Virus record (IMG/VR): IMGVR_UViG_3300042013_000103 | DNA: 64,000 nucleotides | Strand: one strand, 5' to 3' | Source: a virus | Taxonomy: Duplodnaviria > Caudoviricetes | Part shown: in pieces, positions 19,200 through 27,870 of the stretch | How positions within the stretch are numbered: position 1 is the first letter of the stretch | How the letters are laid out: each line of letters opens with the position of its first letter | Notes under the pieces: model-generated | The model's input: the letters and a program-made list of their open reading frames with translations, nothing else | The model's database searches: none | What the model was told of the DNA's origin: nothing | Made by a program: the position numbers and the translations under genes

Positions 19200-20255
19200 T
19201 TAACCGCGAAAACGCATGTTCAGGTCATACCCCACGGCAGTTACTTCATCTGTGAATCGGTCGTATAACCAAAGGCCAGTGCCCACGTCCATCTTCACCT
19301 GGTCACCCAATTGATTCTGGATGGACACCAGCTTCAGTGGGGTCGTGGTCAGCTTCCCCGAATAATGCTCTAGGTAAATCAAACCACTGGTGGTGTATTC
19401 GAACGTCAAAGCCAGGTCACTACAGTCCATGTCCCCCAGATCAGCCAACAGGTCCAATGGGCTCCCGTCAACAGTCCGGGTCAAGTGATTGATGGTGAAT
19501 GTATGCTTCAACTGCAACGTGGAATTACAGCGGTTCTCCGGGGAACATGACCCCCTCGAATAAGGACGGTGCCCGACTGCAAGTTTCACCACCTGCGTCC
19601 CCACTTGGAAGTAGAGGTTTTCCACCCACCATGACGGGTCTATTGTGGCGCGCGGGTCCAGCATCTTATTGGCCACCAGTTTAGGGAACAAACTAATGCC
19701 CGCTAAGTCAATCGCAACACCCATGCGCAACGGCGCAGTGTAGTGACGGTTCCAAAAGAAATCAAAAAACTCCTTTGCAGGAATGTCCGTTACGAAACAG
19801 TCCTTATTTTCAGGCGATAGGATCGGCATGAACTTGGTGCGGGCGTCTTCTTCTGTAAAGGTGTCCCTCGGTGGAACACCCTCCGGTGCGGCAGGACGCT
19901 GTTCCAAGGCTTTCCGTTCGTTGTAGATCCGGCGTTGGTTTGCTTGATGCGTTCCGATGTGGCAAGGGTGAGTCTCCGCATCGATTTTATCACCCCCAAA
20001 CCAATCCATGATCTCGATGTGACCCAGGGGTTCTTCCAGCAACAGCCCCTCAGCTAACAACACCGCCAAAGCGTGGCTACAGTCGCTTCCGCTTTGCAGT
20101 TGATGCTCCGCCACCGGAAAGTCCTGCAGCACCCGGTAAGTGCCTTTCAGCGTGCGCCCTTCTTCCGTGTGATGGTTTTGTCCCCAGACCAGGATGATCG
20201 ACCCGGCCTTATGGACATGTTCCGACGTGATGATGCGTTGGTGGTCTGGTGTCAT
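19200..20255 (-). CDS. protein with a C-terminal domain resembling part of the phiKZ-type major capsid protein
   Basis: TAPL..G..IDL.GIS...LD...ID...NLY..VG..VVK...P...T.T.DGS pattern, recalled from phiKZ gp120-family proteins. Confidence 0.55.
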   Translation of the reverse strand: MTPDHQRIITSEHVHKAGSIILVWGQNHHTEEGRTLKGTYRVLQDFPVAEHQLQSGSDCSHALAVLLAEGLLLEEPLGHIEIMDWFGGDKIDAETHPCHIGTHQANQRRIYNERKALEQRPAAPEGVPPRDTFTEEDARTKFMPILSPENKDCFVTDIPAKEFFDFFWNRHYTAPLRMGVAIDLAGISLFPKLVANKMLDPRATIDPSWWVENLYFQVGTQVVKLAVGHRPYSRGSCSPENRCNSTLQLKHTFTINHLTRTVDGSPLDLLADLGDMDCSDLALTFEYTTSGLIYLEHYSGKLTTTPLKLVSIQNQLGDQVKMDVGTGLWLYDRFTDEVTAVGYDLNMRFRG

Positions 20256-21130
20256 ACCGGCGACCCCAGTTCTTCGATGTGCTCCTCACGCGACAGTTCC
20301 ATGACTTCATGAACGCCACCTGCGGTCGGAGTGACCAAATCACCGAAAGGGTGATCCGGCGTTTCATCACCTTTGTCGAACAACGGATCAACGTTGTCTT
20401 CGGTCGGGGTGAGTTTGTACGCCCCATCAGTGCCTGCTAGAAACTCGTCTTTGGAAACAGCCCGTAGTTCCGAGTTATGTTTGGTGGGGTGGTACGCCAA
20501 ACACGTTTGTTCCGCCGCCACTGGTTGCAACTCGCGTTGGCGCTCGGTGTGTTTGTCCGACAACGCGGACGAAGTGATTTCATCCATCTGCAGCTCGGCT
20601 TCTTGCAGGGGTGTGTGTTCTTCCACGAACAGTTTTTCGCCGGCTTTGGCGGCAGCCATGGTTTGTTGGTAAGCGGAAGCCGCCTTGGTGGCTTTTGGCA
20701 GGTCCAGGAACAGGGTCTGGAAGACGCCGTCTTTGGTGGTCAGTTTGTACGGAGTGAGGTAAAAGCCGATAGACAGGAACGCTTGCATTGCACGCTCGTC
20801 ACCTTCTTTCACCAACGCACGGCCTTTCTTGCCTGCGAAGAAATTGCGGAAGAACTCACCGGCCAAATCCGTATCCCGGAAGGATTCCTTCAGGTACACG
20901 TTGCTGCAGTGCCAGCGGCCATCGGCATCTTTACGCGGGCAAGCATAACCGGCCATCTCGCCGTCCCAGTGAAGACCGTAGAAGAACTTCAGGTCACGTT
21001 TCGGGTTGACCCCCGCCAAGGCGCCTTCGTCCATCGACTGTTTGATGAGCGCCGCGGTTTCCGGGTCACGGAAGTTAACCGGTTGAATCGAGAAACCAGC
21101 GTCCAGTTGTGCAGGGCGAGTTACCATCAT
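20252..21130 (-). CDS. GNAT-like N-terminal domain plus acidic C-terminal region
   Basis: MAGYA..., SNVYLKESFRDTDLA (degenerate motif A), ERAMQAFLSIGF (motif B). Confidence 0.55.
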   Translation of the reverse strand: MMVTRPAQLDAGFSIQPVNFRDPETAALIKQSMDEGALAGVNPKRDLKFFYGLHWDGEMAGYACPRKDADGRWHCSNVYLKESFRDTDLAGEFFRNFFAGKKGRALVKEGDERAMQAFLSIGFYLTPYKLTTKDGVFQTLFLDLPKATKAASAYQQTMAAAKAGEKLFVEEHTPLQEAELQMDEITSSALSDKHTERQRELQPVAAEQTCLAYHPTKHNSELRAVSKDEFLAGTDGAYKLTPTEDNVDPLFDKGDETPDHPFGDLVTPTAGGVHEVMELSREEHIEELGSPV

Positions 21131-21174
21131 GATGCGTTTTCCTTTTGATTAAAGTAAAGTATAAACTGAGAAGA

Positions 21175-21795
21175 TTAGTCTTCGTTGATTCTGTCGATCG
21201 CGGCTTGGGTTATTGTCCGCAGCGCGTAGCCTTTGTGGGTTAATTCAAGGTCAGTGCCGTATCCCCGGAGGTATTCGTCTTTAATTAACATGGATAGAAC
21301 CAACGATTCCACCGCAGGGTCTAGGCTTAATGCCACCAAGCACGTCCCCAACATCGTCGACAGGGTTCCCCCAACCAGCTTGATCATGGAGTTTGGTGCG
21401 GGACCGTGTTTCAGTCCGGTATAACCCATCCAGGCTTTAACCCAGAAACGTTTAACGGCACAGAACAGCGGGTCGGCCTCGGGAGACGGATGAATGAAGT
21501 TGTCAATCTGGCCGCCGCCTAACAAGGCCAAGCATCCCAACGCAGCACTTTGGTAAGTGACGGCTTCTTCCATCAAGCGCCGACGGGCAACTGCGCCCAC
21601 GGCATTTCGCGTGGTGCCGTCCATGAACGAGTTGAAATTGTCTTGGTCATCATCGGTGGGAGTATCGTTGCCGGTTACCTGCACCCATACCTCCATGGGT
21701 GCACCGGTGGGTGTGCAGAACGAGTACAGTTTGAGTTCGTTTTCAGTGTCGCCTAACCAACCGGGTGGGCGAACCAACACATCGTAACGGTTCAT
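21175..21795 (-). CDS. hypothetical protein, tandem paralogue 1
   Basis: Shares GDT..E.KL.S, ALGCLALLGGG and LT.KG.A.R with 21813..22454. Confidence 0.75.
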   Translation of the reverse strand: MNRYDVLVRPPGWLGDTENELKLYSFCTPTGAPMEVWVQVTGNDTPTDDDQDNFNSFMDGTTRNAVGAVARRRLMEEAVTYQSAALGCLALLGGGQIDNFIHPSPEADPLFCAVKRFWVKAWMGYTGLKHGPAPNSMIKLVGGTLSTMLGTCLVALSLDPAVESLVLSMLIKDEYLRGYGTDLELTHKGYALRTITQAAIDRINED

Positions 21796-21812
21796 TGCAT
21801 TGTTCCTATTGG

Positions 21813-22454
21813 TTATTCGGCCACGGCGGCCCGTGTCAATTCACGGAACGCAAAACCTTTTTGGGTTAAGTTACCCGGGGGAGCAGAACCGTAATCGGCA
21901 TACTCCTTTTGAATCAACCACAGGTAGATGAAGTACGCCGCCGCGTCGGTGATCTTTGCTTCTAACGCGGTGAACTTCTCACGGCCTGGGCCAGGTTGGA
22001 ATGCCTCTAACACTTCCCCCACCAGTTCCAGCGTTTCACCCGGCAGGCCGCAGGAAGTAAATTCCAGCAGGCTGTACCAAAGGTCCAGATAAAAGTCGGC
22101 GGCACCTTCCCTCTGTTCCCCACCGCGGGAACTGGAAAAGATGTAGTCACCCGCCATGCCGCCACCGAGCAACGCTAAACACCCCAGCGCACCGTTCTGT
22201 TCAGCAATGGCGTGGGCCATCAACGTGTGACGTTCATCTTCCGTGGTGTAGAACCGATGGTCGGGGATGTCACCCTTGCGAAACAAATAGTGATCGAAGT
22301 TATCGGTGGTAAGTCCTTGGACGGGTGCGGTCATTCTGCACCAGACGGTTTTGGAAATTCCGTAACCGTCCACGTAGGACCACAGCTTGACTTCGGTATC
22401 GGTGTCCCCGAAGTAACCGTGGGTATGTTCTGCCACTTCGTAACGGAATGTCAT
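21813..22454 (-). CDS. hypothetical protein, tandem paralogue 2
   Basis: Shares the same motifs with 21175..21795. Confidence 0.75.
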   Translation of the reverse strand: MTFRYEVAEHTHGYFGDTDTEVKLWSYVDGYGISKTVWCRMTAPVQGLTTDNFDHYLFRKGDIPDHRFYTTEDERHTLMAHAIAEQNGALGCLALLGGGMAGDYIFSSSRGGEQREGAADFYLDLWYSLLEFTSCGLPGETLELVGEVLEAFQPGPGREKFTALEAKITDAAAYFIYLWLIQKEYADYGSAPPGNLTQKGFAFRELTRAAVAE

Positions 22455-22810
22455 GCCTGTGCCTTTTCGTAGTGTTGGTCAATGAAGAATTCAGTGGCGT
22501 CATACCAGAACGACAGCAAACGACCGACATCACGCCATTGTTCGCCGGTGTACGTCAGGTTCAGGGAATCGATATAAATCTTGCCGTGAACATCCGGCCT
22601 GAAGTGCAACGTGGTTTTCACCTCATCGATCAAAAACGACAGGCGAATACCATCGACTTCCCAATCGACCAGTACAACGTCTTGGCCTTCTTGGTACTTT
22701 CCATGGCTGTACGGATGCATTACTTGAAGACCGATCAGTTCCGTTATGGAGGCGTTGATCATCCGAAGACCGACTTCCAGTTTTCGCTCTTGCAGTAGTT
22801 GAGCGGACAT
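22451..22810 (-). CDS. hypothetical protein
   Basis: 119 aa; ATGA overlap with the downstream gene. Confidence 0.7.
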   Translation of the reverse strand: MSAQLLQERKLEVGLRMINASITELIGLQVMHPYSHGKYQEGQDVVLVDWEVDGIRLSFLIDEVKTTLHFRPDVHGKIYIDSLNLTYTGEQWRDVGRLLSFWYDATEFFIDQHYEKAQA

Positions 22811-22819
22811 TGTAGGTTC

Positions 22820-23566
22820 CTATTCTTCTTCGTCAACCATTTCAGTGATCAACGATTGGATGTTGTCGGGATGATTGAGGTTGGCAATCACATCGTGGTG
22901 CATCAACATGCGCATGTGAGGGTATTCCGGATAGCCCAAGGTGTTGGCGATCTGTCGGTAGCACTCATGTACTTTTAACTGCTTGCCTTCCACCACCCGC
23001 ATTTGGTGGACCACCCGTTTTAAGGTGTCTTGGTGCAAATAGCGTTCGGCGTGCACACACAACAACAATTCATCGATGCTGGTGGAGTCAGGAAACGCCA
23101 CCAACTTGATCGCTTGTTTCTCGGCCAAGGATAGTTTGCGCAGCAAGCACAAGCCCACTGCCGCCGCTCGGGTTTGGGAACGAATGCCTTCCCCGTCGTG
23201 CTTGGCCCGATAGACTTGGGTATTCTTGAGCCCCCGTTCCCAGTCGGTAACAAACACCTCGGTATTAGGGAACCGGTTACGGCACCGAGAGAACCTTACC
23301 CCGATGGCCATTTGTACCAGTACCCGAGCCCGTGTTTGGGTGATCACCCCTTGCGACAAGGCCATCAGGTGCGCCGCCCGTTCTTTCAGTTGGGCACCCG
23401 TGTGTTGCGGTTCCATGGCAATCAACAGTAAGGTACCCCCCACCGTAGTGTCATCAATGACGGCGTCTTCGTTGTGCAGAAAACCCGACAGGTTGTTGAC
23501 CGCCATGAACGCCAGGAAATGTTCCCCTAGGTTTTGGATAGCGGCCCGTGCTGTGATCTTAGTCAT
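22820..23566 (-). CDS. hypothetical protein
   Basis: Start revised to ATG 23566 (AGGA SD), 38 nt after the early promoter. Confidence 0.7.
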   Translation of the reverse strand: MTKITARAAIQNLGEHFLAFMAVNNLSGFLHNEDAVIDDTTVGGTLLLIAMEPQHTGAQLKERAAHLMALSQGVITQTRARVLVQMAIGVRFSRCRNRFPNTEVFVTDWERGLKNTQVYRAKHDGEGIRSQTRAAAVGLCLLRKLSLAEKQAIKLVAFPDSTSIDELLLCVHAERYLHQDTLKRVVHQMRVVEGKQLKVHECYRQIANTLGYPEYPHMRMLMHHDVIANLNHPDNIQSLITEMVDEEE

Positions 23567-23603
23567 TGCATCGTTCCTATTGACTGCGTTAATTACCAAC
23601 ACC

Positions 23604-23615
23604 GTGATATAGTTT
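23604..23615 (-). promoter_or_regulatory. phiKZ-type early promoter
   Basis: AAACTATATCAC on the minus strand. Confidence 0.7.
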
Positions 23616-23653
23616 CATACCCCGTTTAAATGCAAAATAAAAAGGCATACCGA

Positions 23654-23669
23654 GGAGCCCGAAGGCTCC
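23654..23669 (-). terminator. intrinsic terminator (UUCG loop)
   Basis: GGAGCC-TTCG-GGCTCC then CGGTATGCCTTTT. Confidence 0.7.
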
Positions 23670-23686
23670 CCGATATTTGGTCTTGC

Positions 23687-23938
23687 TTAATCCACCAAAC
23701 GGTAGAGCTCACCGAACTTAGCCCGACTCAACGAGAATTTGTCAACCCGGTCGCCAGTGTAGCTCAACTGGACATCGCGACGAGTCAACGAGTCTAGCTT
23801 CACATACGTGGTCTTGTGGTTCTTTTGCGACATGAAGGCACGGCCCTCATAGTCTGCCAGGTTTAACGTACTGGCTTTTACCAGATCTTCAAACGATTTC
23901 TTTTTGGTCTTTTGAGTCACTTCAGCTACGGCGGTCAT
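23687..23938 (-). CDS. small basic hypothetical protein
   Basis: 83-aa ORF. Confidence 0.7.
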   Translation of the reverse strand: MTAVAEVTQKTKKKSFEDLVKASTLNLADYEGRAFMSQKNHKTTYVKLDSLTRRDVQLSYTGDRVDKFSLSRAKFGELYRLVD

Positions 23939-23949
23939 TCACGAATACC

Positions 23950-25152
23950 TTATTCGGCTGTTTGGGTGGTTTGAGTTTCAGCAAGTTCTGGCAGGAGTTC
24001 GCCTTCTGGCGCGGACAGTTCTTCACCGTCCAAGTTAGGGAATGGACGACCGGCTTCTTCCGCTTCACGACGCACCTGATCGATCGGCTTGGCCAGGTTC
24101 AGCTCGGCTTGGTCCAACAGGTTCTTGTAGTAAAACATCGATTGGATCTTGCCCACGAAATCTTGCTGCGCTGGCGGGAAGAAGAATGCATGTTCACCGA
24201 TCAGTTCCATCGTGCGCTGGGCCATGCGCAGGGCAAACTCACGGATGGTCGGGATGTCTGCTTCGTTGCCGGTGATTTCTTTGACCGCGATGGTGTCCAG
24301 CAGTGCGTCGAGTTTTTGCTCGGTGGTCAGTTCCACGATCGGTTCTGGCGCGGCTGTTACCGGATCGGCGTCGGTCGGTGGGTTATCGGACGTAGCATTG
24401 CCTTCGGCTTGGGCCAACTCAGCTTCCGCTTCGGCCTTCTGCTCGTTCATTTGGCGGGCTTGTTCGATCTGCTTAACGCGCTGCGCGTCGATCGATTCAA
24501 CCACGATGGCCACCAGCTCTTCCACCGGACGGAGAGCGTCCAGCACGATGGTGTTGGGCGCGTTGGTGTACTGCTCGTAGGTCTTGCGGACCGACTCCAG
24601 GTACTCCGGGGACTGGTCTTCGTAACGGTCCAGCACACGGCCTTCCAGACGCTGTTTGCGCACGTCTTCCGGCAGGTGCAGCATGAACACCACCGGTTCG
24701 AACACGACACCTTCCAGCACCGGAGGGATCAGACCCATGAACAGGTTGGCCAGTGGGTCGGACGCCATGCCGTTGCCGTGGGGGACCACGTTCAGGGCGT
24801 AGGTGGACAGCATGAAACGTTCCGACAGCACCACTTCACCGCGCAGCAGCGCCGGGGTGATGGTGTTCATGACGTTCTGGCGACGGTACGCCATGTGGAT
24901 CAAAATGTCGGTGACCGGGGAGACGGCTTCCGGACGGTCTTTCTTCAACAGCACCGCGCGCAGTTCTTCGGCCATCGAACCACTATCCTTGATGCCACCG
25001 GGTTCACGTTGGTGCACGTGGGCCACGCCTTGGGCCGCGTAGTGCGCTGCCACGGCCTTTGCCACGGTGGATTTACCAGTACCTTCATTGCCTTCGAAGA
25101 CGGCCATCACACCTTGTGGGTTGGCTGGGATATTATCTGGCAGTGCGAACAT
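23950..25152 (-). CDS. tmk: thymidylate kinase with a long C-terminal extension
   Basis: FEGNEGTGKST P-loop, QREPGG, AYRRQ, LSERFMLSTYA, DRYE; about 180 extra C-terminal residues. Confidence 0.9.
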   Translation of the reverse strand: MFALPDNIPANPQGVMAVFEGNEGTGKSTVAKAVAAHYAAQGVAHVHQREPGGIKDSGSMAEELRAVLLKKDRPEAVSPVTDILIHMAYRRQNVMNTITPALLRGEVVLSERFMLSTYALNVVPHGNGMASDPLANLFMGLIPPVLEGVVFEPVVFMLHLPEDVRKQRLEGRVLDRYEDQSPEYLESVRKTYEQYTNAPNTIVLDALRPVEELVAIVVESIDAQRVKQIEQARQMNEQKAEAEAELAQAEGNATSDNPPTDADPVTAAPEPIVELTTEQKLDALLDTIAVKEITGNEADIPTIREFALRMAQRTMELIGEHAFFFPPAQQDFVGKIQSMFYYKNLLDQAELNLAKPIDQVRREAEEAGRPFPNLDGEELSAPEGELLPELAETQTTQTAE

Positions 25153-25224
25153 GTAGGTTACCTTAATAACGAATAAAGAAAAGTGGTGCTGGAGCAGCCT
25201 GTGGCCACCCCAGTTACAGCAGAA

Positions 25225-25476
25225 TCAGTTGTTCACTTCAGCCCAGAGCTGAGTAGACACCAGTGGACTTTCGGCGGCGCCGATCACCACGACCACGGTG
25301 CCTTCTTCGGCAGCCGGTTCATGCACGATGTAGCCATTGCTTTCCAGGGTCTCGACGGCGACTTTGGCGCCAGCCTTGAGGTAAGCCAGGTTGGCTTCGT
25401 AGCCTTCGGCATCCAGAGCACCAGCTTTCTCAACAACAGCGGTTTCCAGCAGCGACACGAGTTTGGCTTGAGACAT
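25225..25476 (-). CDS. small acidic protein, tandem paralogue 1
   Basis: LETAV...YLKAGAKVAVETLE..VIGA..PL.S.QLWA.VN. Confidence 0.8.
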   Translation of the reverse strand: MSQAKLVSLLETAVVEKAGALDAEGYEANLAYLKAGAKVAVETLESNGYIVHEPAAEEGTVVVVIGAAESPLVSTQLWAEVNN

Positions 25477-25556
25477 GTGTAGAGCACCTTAAACAGAAAA
25501 GAAGACGGGACAAAATAAGTAGGGGGCAGTTGGCCTACCCCCGAGGTGTTACTGGA

Positions 25557-25805
25557 TCAGCTATTGACCACGGCCCACAGTTGCTCGGACAGCAGTGGTA
25601 CACCAGCGCCGATGACCGCAACCAGGTCGTCTTTCCCGGCTTCGTCGATGTGCACAACCTGCACGCCGTAGTCGCCTGCTTCCAGGGTTTCCACGGTCAG
25701 CTTGACGCCGGCTTTCACGCCATCGAGGTAAGTTGCTTCAGCTGGGGTTTCCAGAGCGGCAACAGCGGTTTCGAGTTTGGTAACGAGGCTAGCTTGAGCA
25801 GACAT
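25557..25805 (-). CDS. small acidic protein, tandem paralogue 2
   Basis: Same motifs as 25225..25476. Confidence 0.8.
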   Translation of the reverse strand: MSAQASLVTKLETAVAALETPAEATYLDGVKAGVKLTVETLEAGDYGVQVVHIDEAGKDDLVAVIGAGVPLLSEQLWAVVNS

Positions 25806-25874
25806 GGGTGATTCCTTGTGTGTTTTATGGATGTTGCGGTAGAACTGCTATTAGATGGGGTGCCTGAGTAGATC

Positions 25875-26300
25875 TTAGGCGAGCTCAGCTTCGACCAAGA
25901 TGTCCCATTGGGCTTCAGTGCCCGTGAACCCTTGGCGTTGGGCCAACTGGAACACCGACGGTTCATCTTGGACTTCGAGGGCCTGGGGTTCATCGAACCC
26001 GTAACGCACCAACAACGTCAGTTCTTCGGCGCACAGCGGATTGGAGATCACATAGCGCCCTGTGTTGAAATCACACACGATCGAACAGAGCAACTGTCCA
26101 TTACCATTGTAAAGGGACGTGATGGCCTGGTTGTTGGCGTGCACCTGTTGGATCTTGACGCCCTCGAGGAACTCGCCTTCGTTTAAATAAGCTGCTGTCA
26201 CTTCAAAACTGGTCAGCCAGTCGGTATTCGGCAAAGTGGCGATGACTTCACGACACATGCCACGGGCAGGGCTTCGGACCAAACGAGATGTACACTCCAT
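25875..26300 (-). CDS. hypothetical protein with C-terminal FQLA..GFTGTEAQW motif
   Basis: 141 aa; TGATG overlap with the upstream stop. Confidence 0.65.
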   Translation of the reverse strand: MECTSRLVRSPARGMCREVIATLPNTDWLTSFEVTAAYLNEGEFLEGVKIQQVHANNQAITSLYNGNGQLLCSIVCDFNTGRYVISNPLCAEELTLLVRYGFDEPQALEVQDEPSVFQLAQRQGFTGTEAQWDILVEAELA

Positions 26301-26722
26301 CAGTTGTTGACCTCGTCGAACAACACCTGGGCGTGTTTCACGACACGGCTGTATTCCGCAGTGTCGTGCTTGTAGTTGACCTGGCCCATGATCGAACCCT
26401 TGCCTTCTTCGGTACGGTTGAACAGGAACGACGCGGTGGACGAACCGCCGATGCCGTAGGACAGGCCCACTTCAGCGATTTCCGGTTTCTTGGCCCAGAG
26501 TTTGGCCACTTGTTCGGAACCCACCAGCGCCACGGCGGTGAACAGGTTGCTTTCCTGACGCTGCATCTTTTTATGCTGCTCAGGGGTGATGCCGACTTCG
26601 TCGAGCACGACGGTTTTGTAGAGGTCATCCAACGCTGGGAAAGCCCCGGCGTCGTCGATCAGCAGTTTCTCGCGCAGGGCGAACTGATCAGCGAATTGAC
26701 TGGATTTGAGTTCTTTGGACAT
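26300..26722 (-). CDS. hypothetical protein
   Basis: 140 aa; strong codon bias; AAGGA SD. Confidence 0.8.
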   Translation of the reverse strand: MSKELKSSQFADQFALREKLLIDDAGAFPALDDLYKTVVLDEVGITPEQHKKMQRQESNLFTAVALVGSEQVAKLWAKKPEIAEVGLSYGIGGSSTASFLFNRTEEGKGSIMGQVNYKHDTAEYSRVVKHAQVLFDEVNN

Positions 26723-26782
26723 GATGGTATTTCCTTTTGATTAACGGGTTTAACCTAACCGCACGGCCGCGGGTAGGTGCAT

Positions 26783-27424
26783 TTATTTAGGGGTGTCGTT
26801 ACCCGCCGGCAGGATGGAACGGCAGTTGTAAACACCCCATAAGTCTTGCGTGTCACATTGCGGTACAATCCCCACGGTAAAAGAGGGGGCGATGTCAGAG
26901 CGCGACTTCAGGCGCGTAATGAGCCCGGTGTCGTCACTCAGCACCACGCCGGTGTCGCAGTTGATGGTAAAGATGAGTAGCCACGAATTCGGGTTTATCA
27001 CACCGCGGTAATCCTCGAAGTCACCGAGGTCTACCACTCTACGGTCATGATGAACCCCCACGACTTGACGCCGCTTATACATGCCATCGAAGTAGACAAC
27101 AATGTCCGATTCGAACGATGGGTAGTTGAGGGTGATCCACTCATTACCTTGTTTGAACTCGATGTGAGTCATCACGTAGCGGAACGTGGGATCGCCGCAT
27201 TCGTGCAGGTCGTTGGCCATTACCCAACCGCTGTCGGTTTCAGCCAAGACAGTTTCGCCTAGGACATACTGAGCGAAGATGTCCTCAGGTTGCACCGGAT
27301 CGCCCTCCAACGAATTGAAGAAGGTCAGGTTCAAACTGGGAACGTCGAACATCTGCCACTGGCCGGTTCGACCGTTGAGCATTTGGGAATGGATACGACT
27401 CTGTGTAGCCAAGGGTTCCGTCAT
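26783..27424 (-). CDS. hypothetical protein
   Basis: Start revised to ATG 27424 (AGGA SD). Confidence 0.65.
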   Translation of the reverse strand: MTEPLATQSRIHSQMLNGRTGQWQMFDVPSLNLTFFNSLEGDPVQPEDIFAQYVLGETVLAETDSGWVMANDLHECGDPTFRYVMTHIEFKQGNEWITLNYPSFESDIVVYFDGMYKRRQVVGVHHDRRVVDLGDFEDYRGVINPNSWLLIFTINCDTGVVLSDDTGLITRLKSRSDIAPSFTVGIVPQCDTQDLWGVYNCRSILPAGNDTPK

Positions 27425-27444
27425 AACAGTTCCTGTATCGGGGG

Positions 27445-27708
27445 TTACAAGTAACCATGTGCAGCCAACCACCGTCGCATGGTCACTTCGAACTCGTCGT
27501 CGACCAGTTGCTTGACTTTCGTCGCGATGGTGCCGTTGGTGATCCCGGCCTGCAACTCTTCTGAGGTGAGGCCGGAGCAGACCCGAGCGTAACAGTCGAT
27601 GGCTTGGGTGGACATGTGCAGGGTGAGTTCTTTCAGATCGTCAGCATTGGTCATACCACGCAGGATACGTTCGAGGGGATCAGCCTCGTTCAGATAATCG
27701 TCGTTCAT
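27445..27708 (-). CDS. hypothetical protein
   Basis: 87 aa; first ORF after the early promoter; GAGGT SD. Confidence 0.7.
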   Translation of the reverse strand: MNDDYLNEADPLERILRGMTNADDLKELTLHMSTQAIDCYARVCSGLTSEELQAGITNGTIATKVKQLVDDEFEVTMRRWLAAHGYL

Positions 27709-27799
27709 TTTTAGTTACCTCTATCTACCAAAATAAAAACGCGTAAAGTTACATGGCGTTATCCTCTAAGTAAGTAGCTTCACTTTAAAATACACCTCA

Positions 27800-27814
27800 G
27801 TAATATAGTCTTGA
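27800..27814 (-). promoter_or_regulatory. phiKZ-type early promoter
   Basis: TCAAGACTATATTAC, identical to 11516..11530. Confidence 0.85.
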
Positions 27815-27840
27815 GTTATTTTGGAATATAACGACATAAC

Positions 27841-27860
27841 GCTTCTCCCGGAGGAGAAGC
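27841..27860 (-). terminator. intrinsic terminator
   Basis: GCTTCTCC-TCCG-GGAGAAGC followed by GTTATGTCG. Confidence 0.8.
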
Positions 27861-27870
27861 TATTATGGTG

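Noticed and set aside
20252-20700. Tad2/DUF2829-like domain in the C-terminus of the GNAT-like protein
   Set aside because: Only a loose A.KAG.K similarity; the diagnostic R..W and D..A.DW motifs are absent
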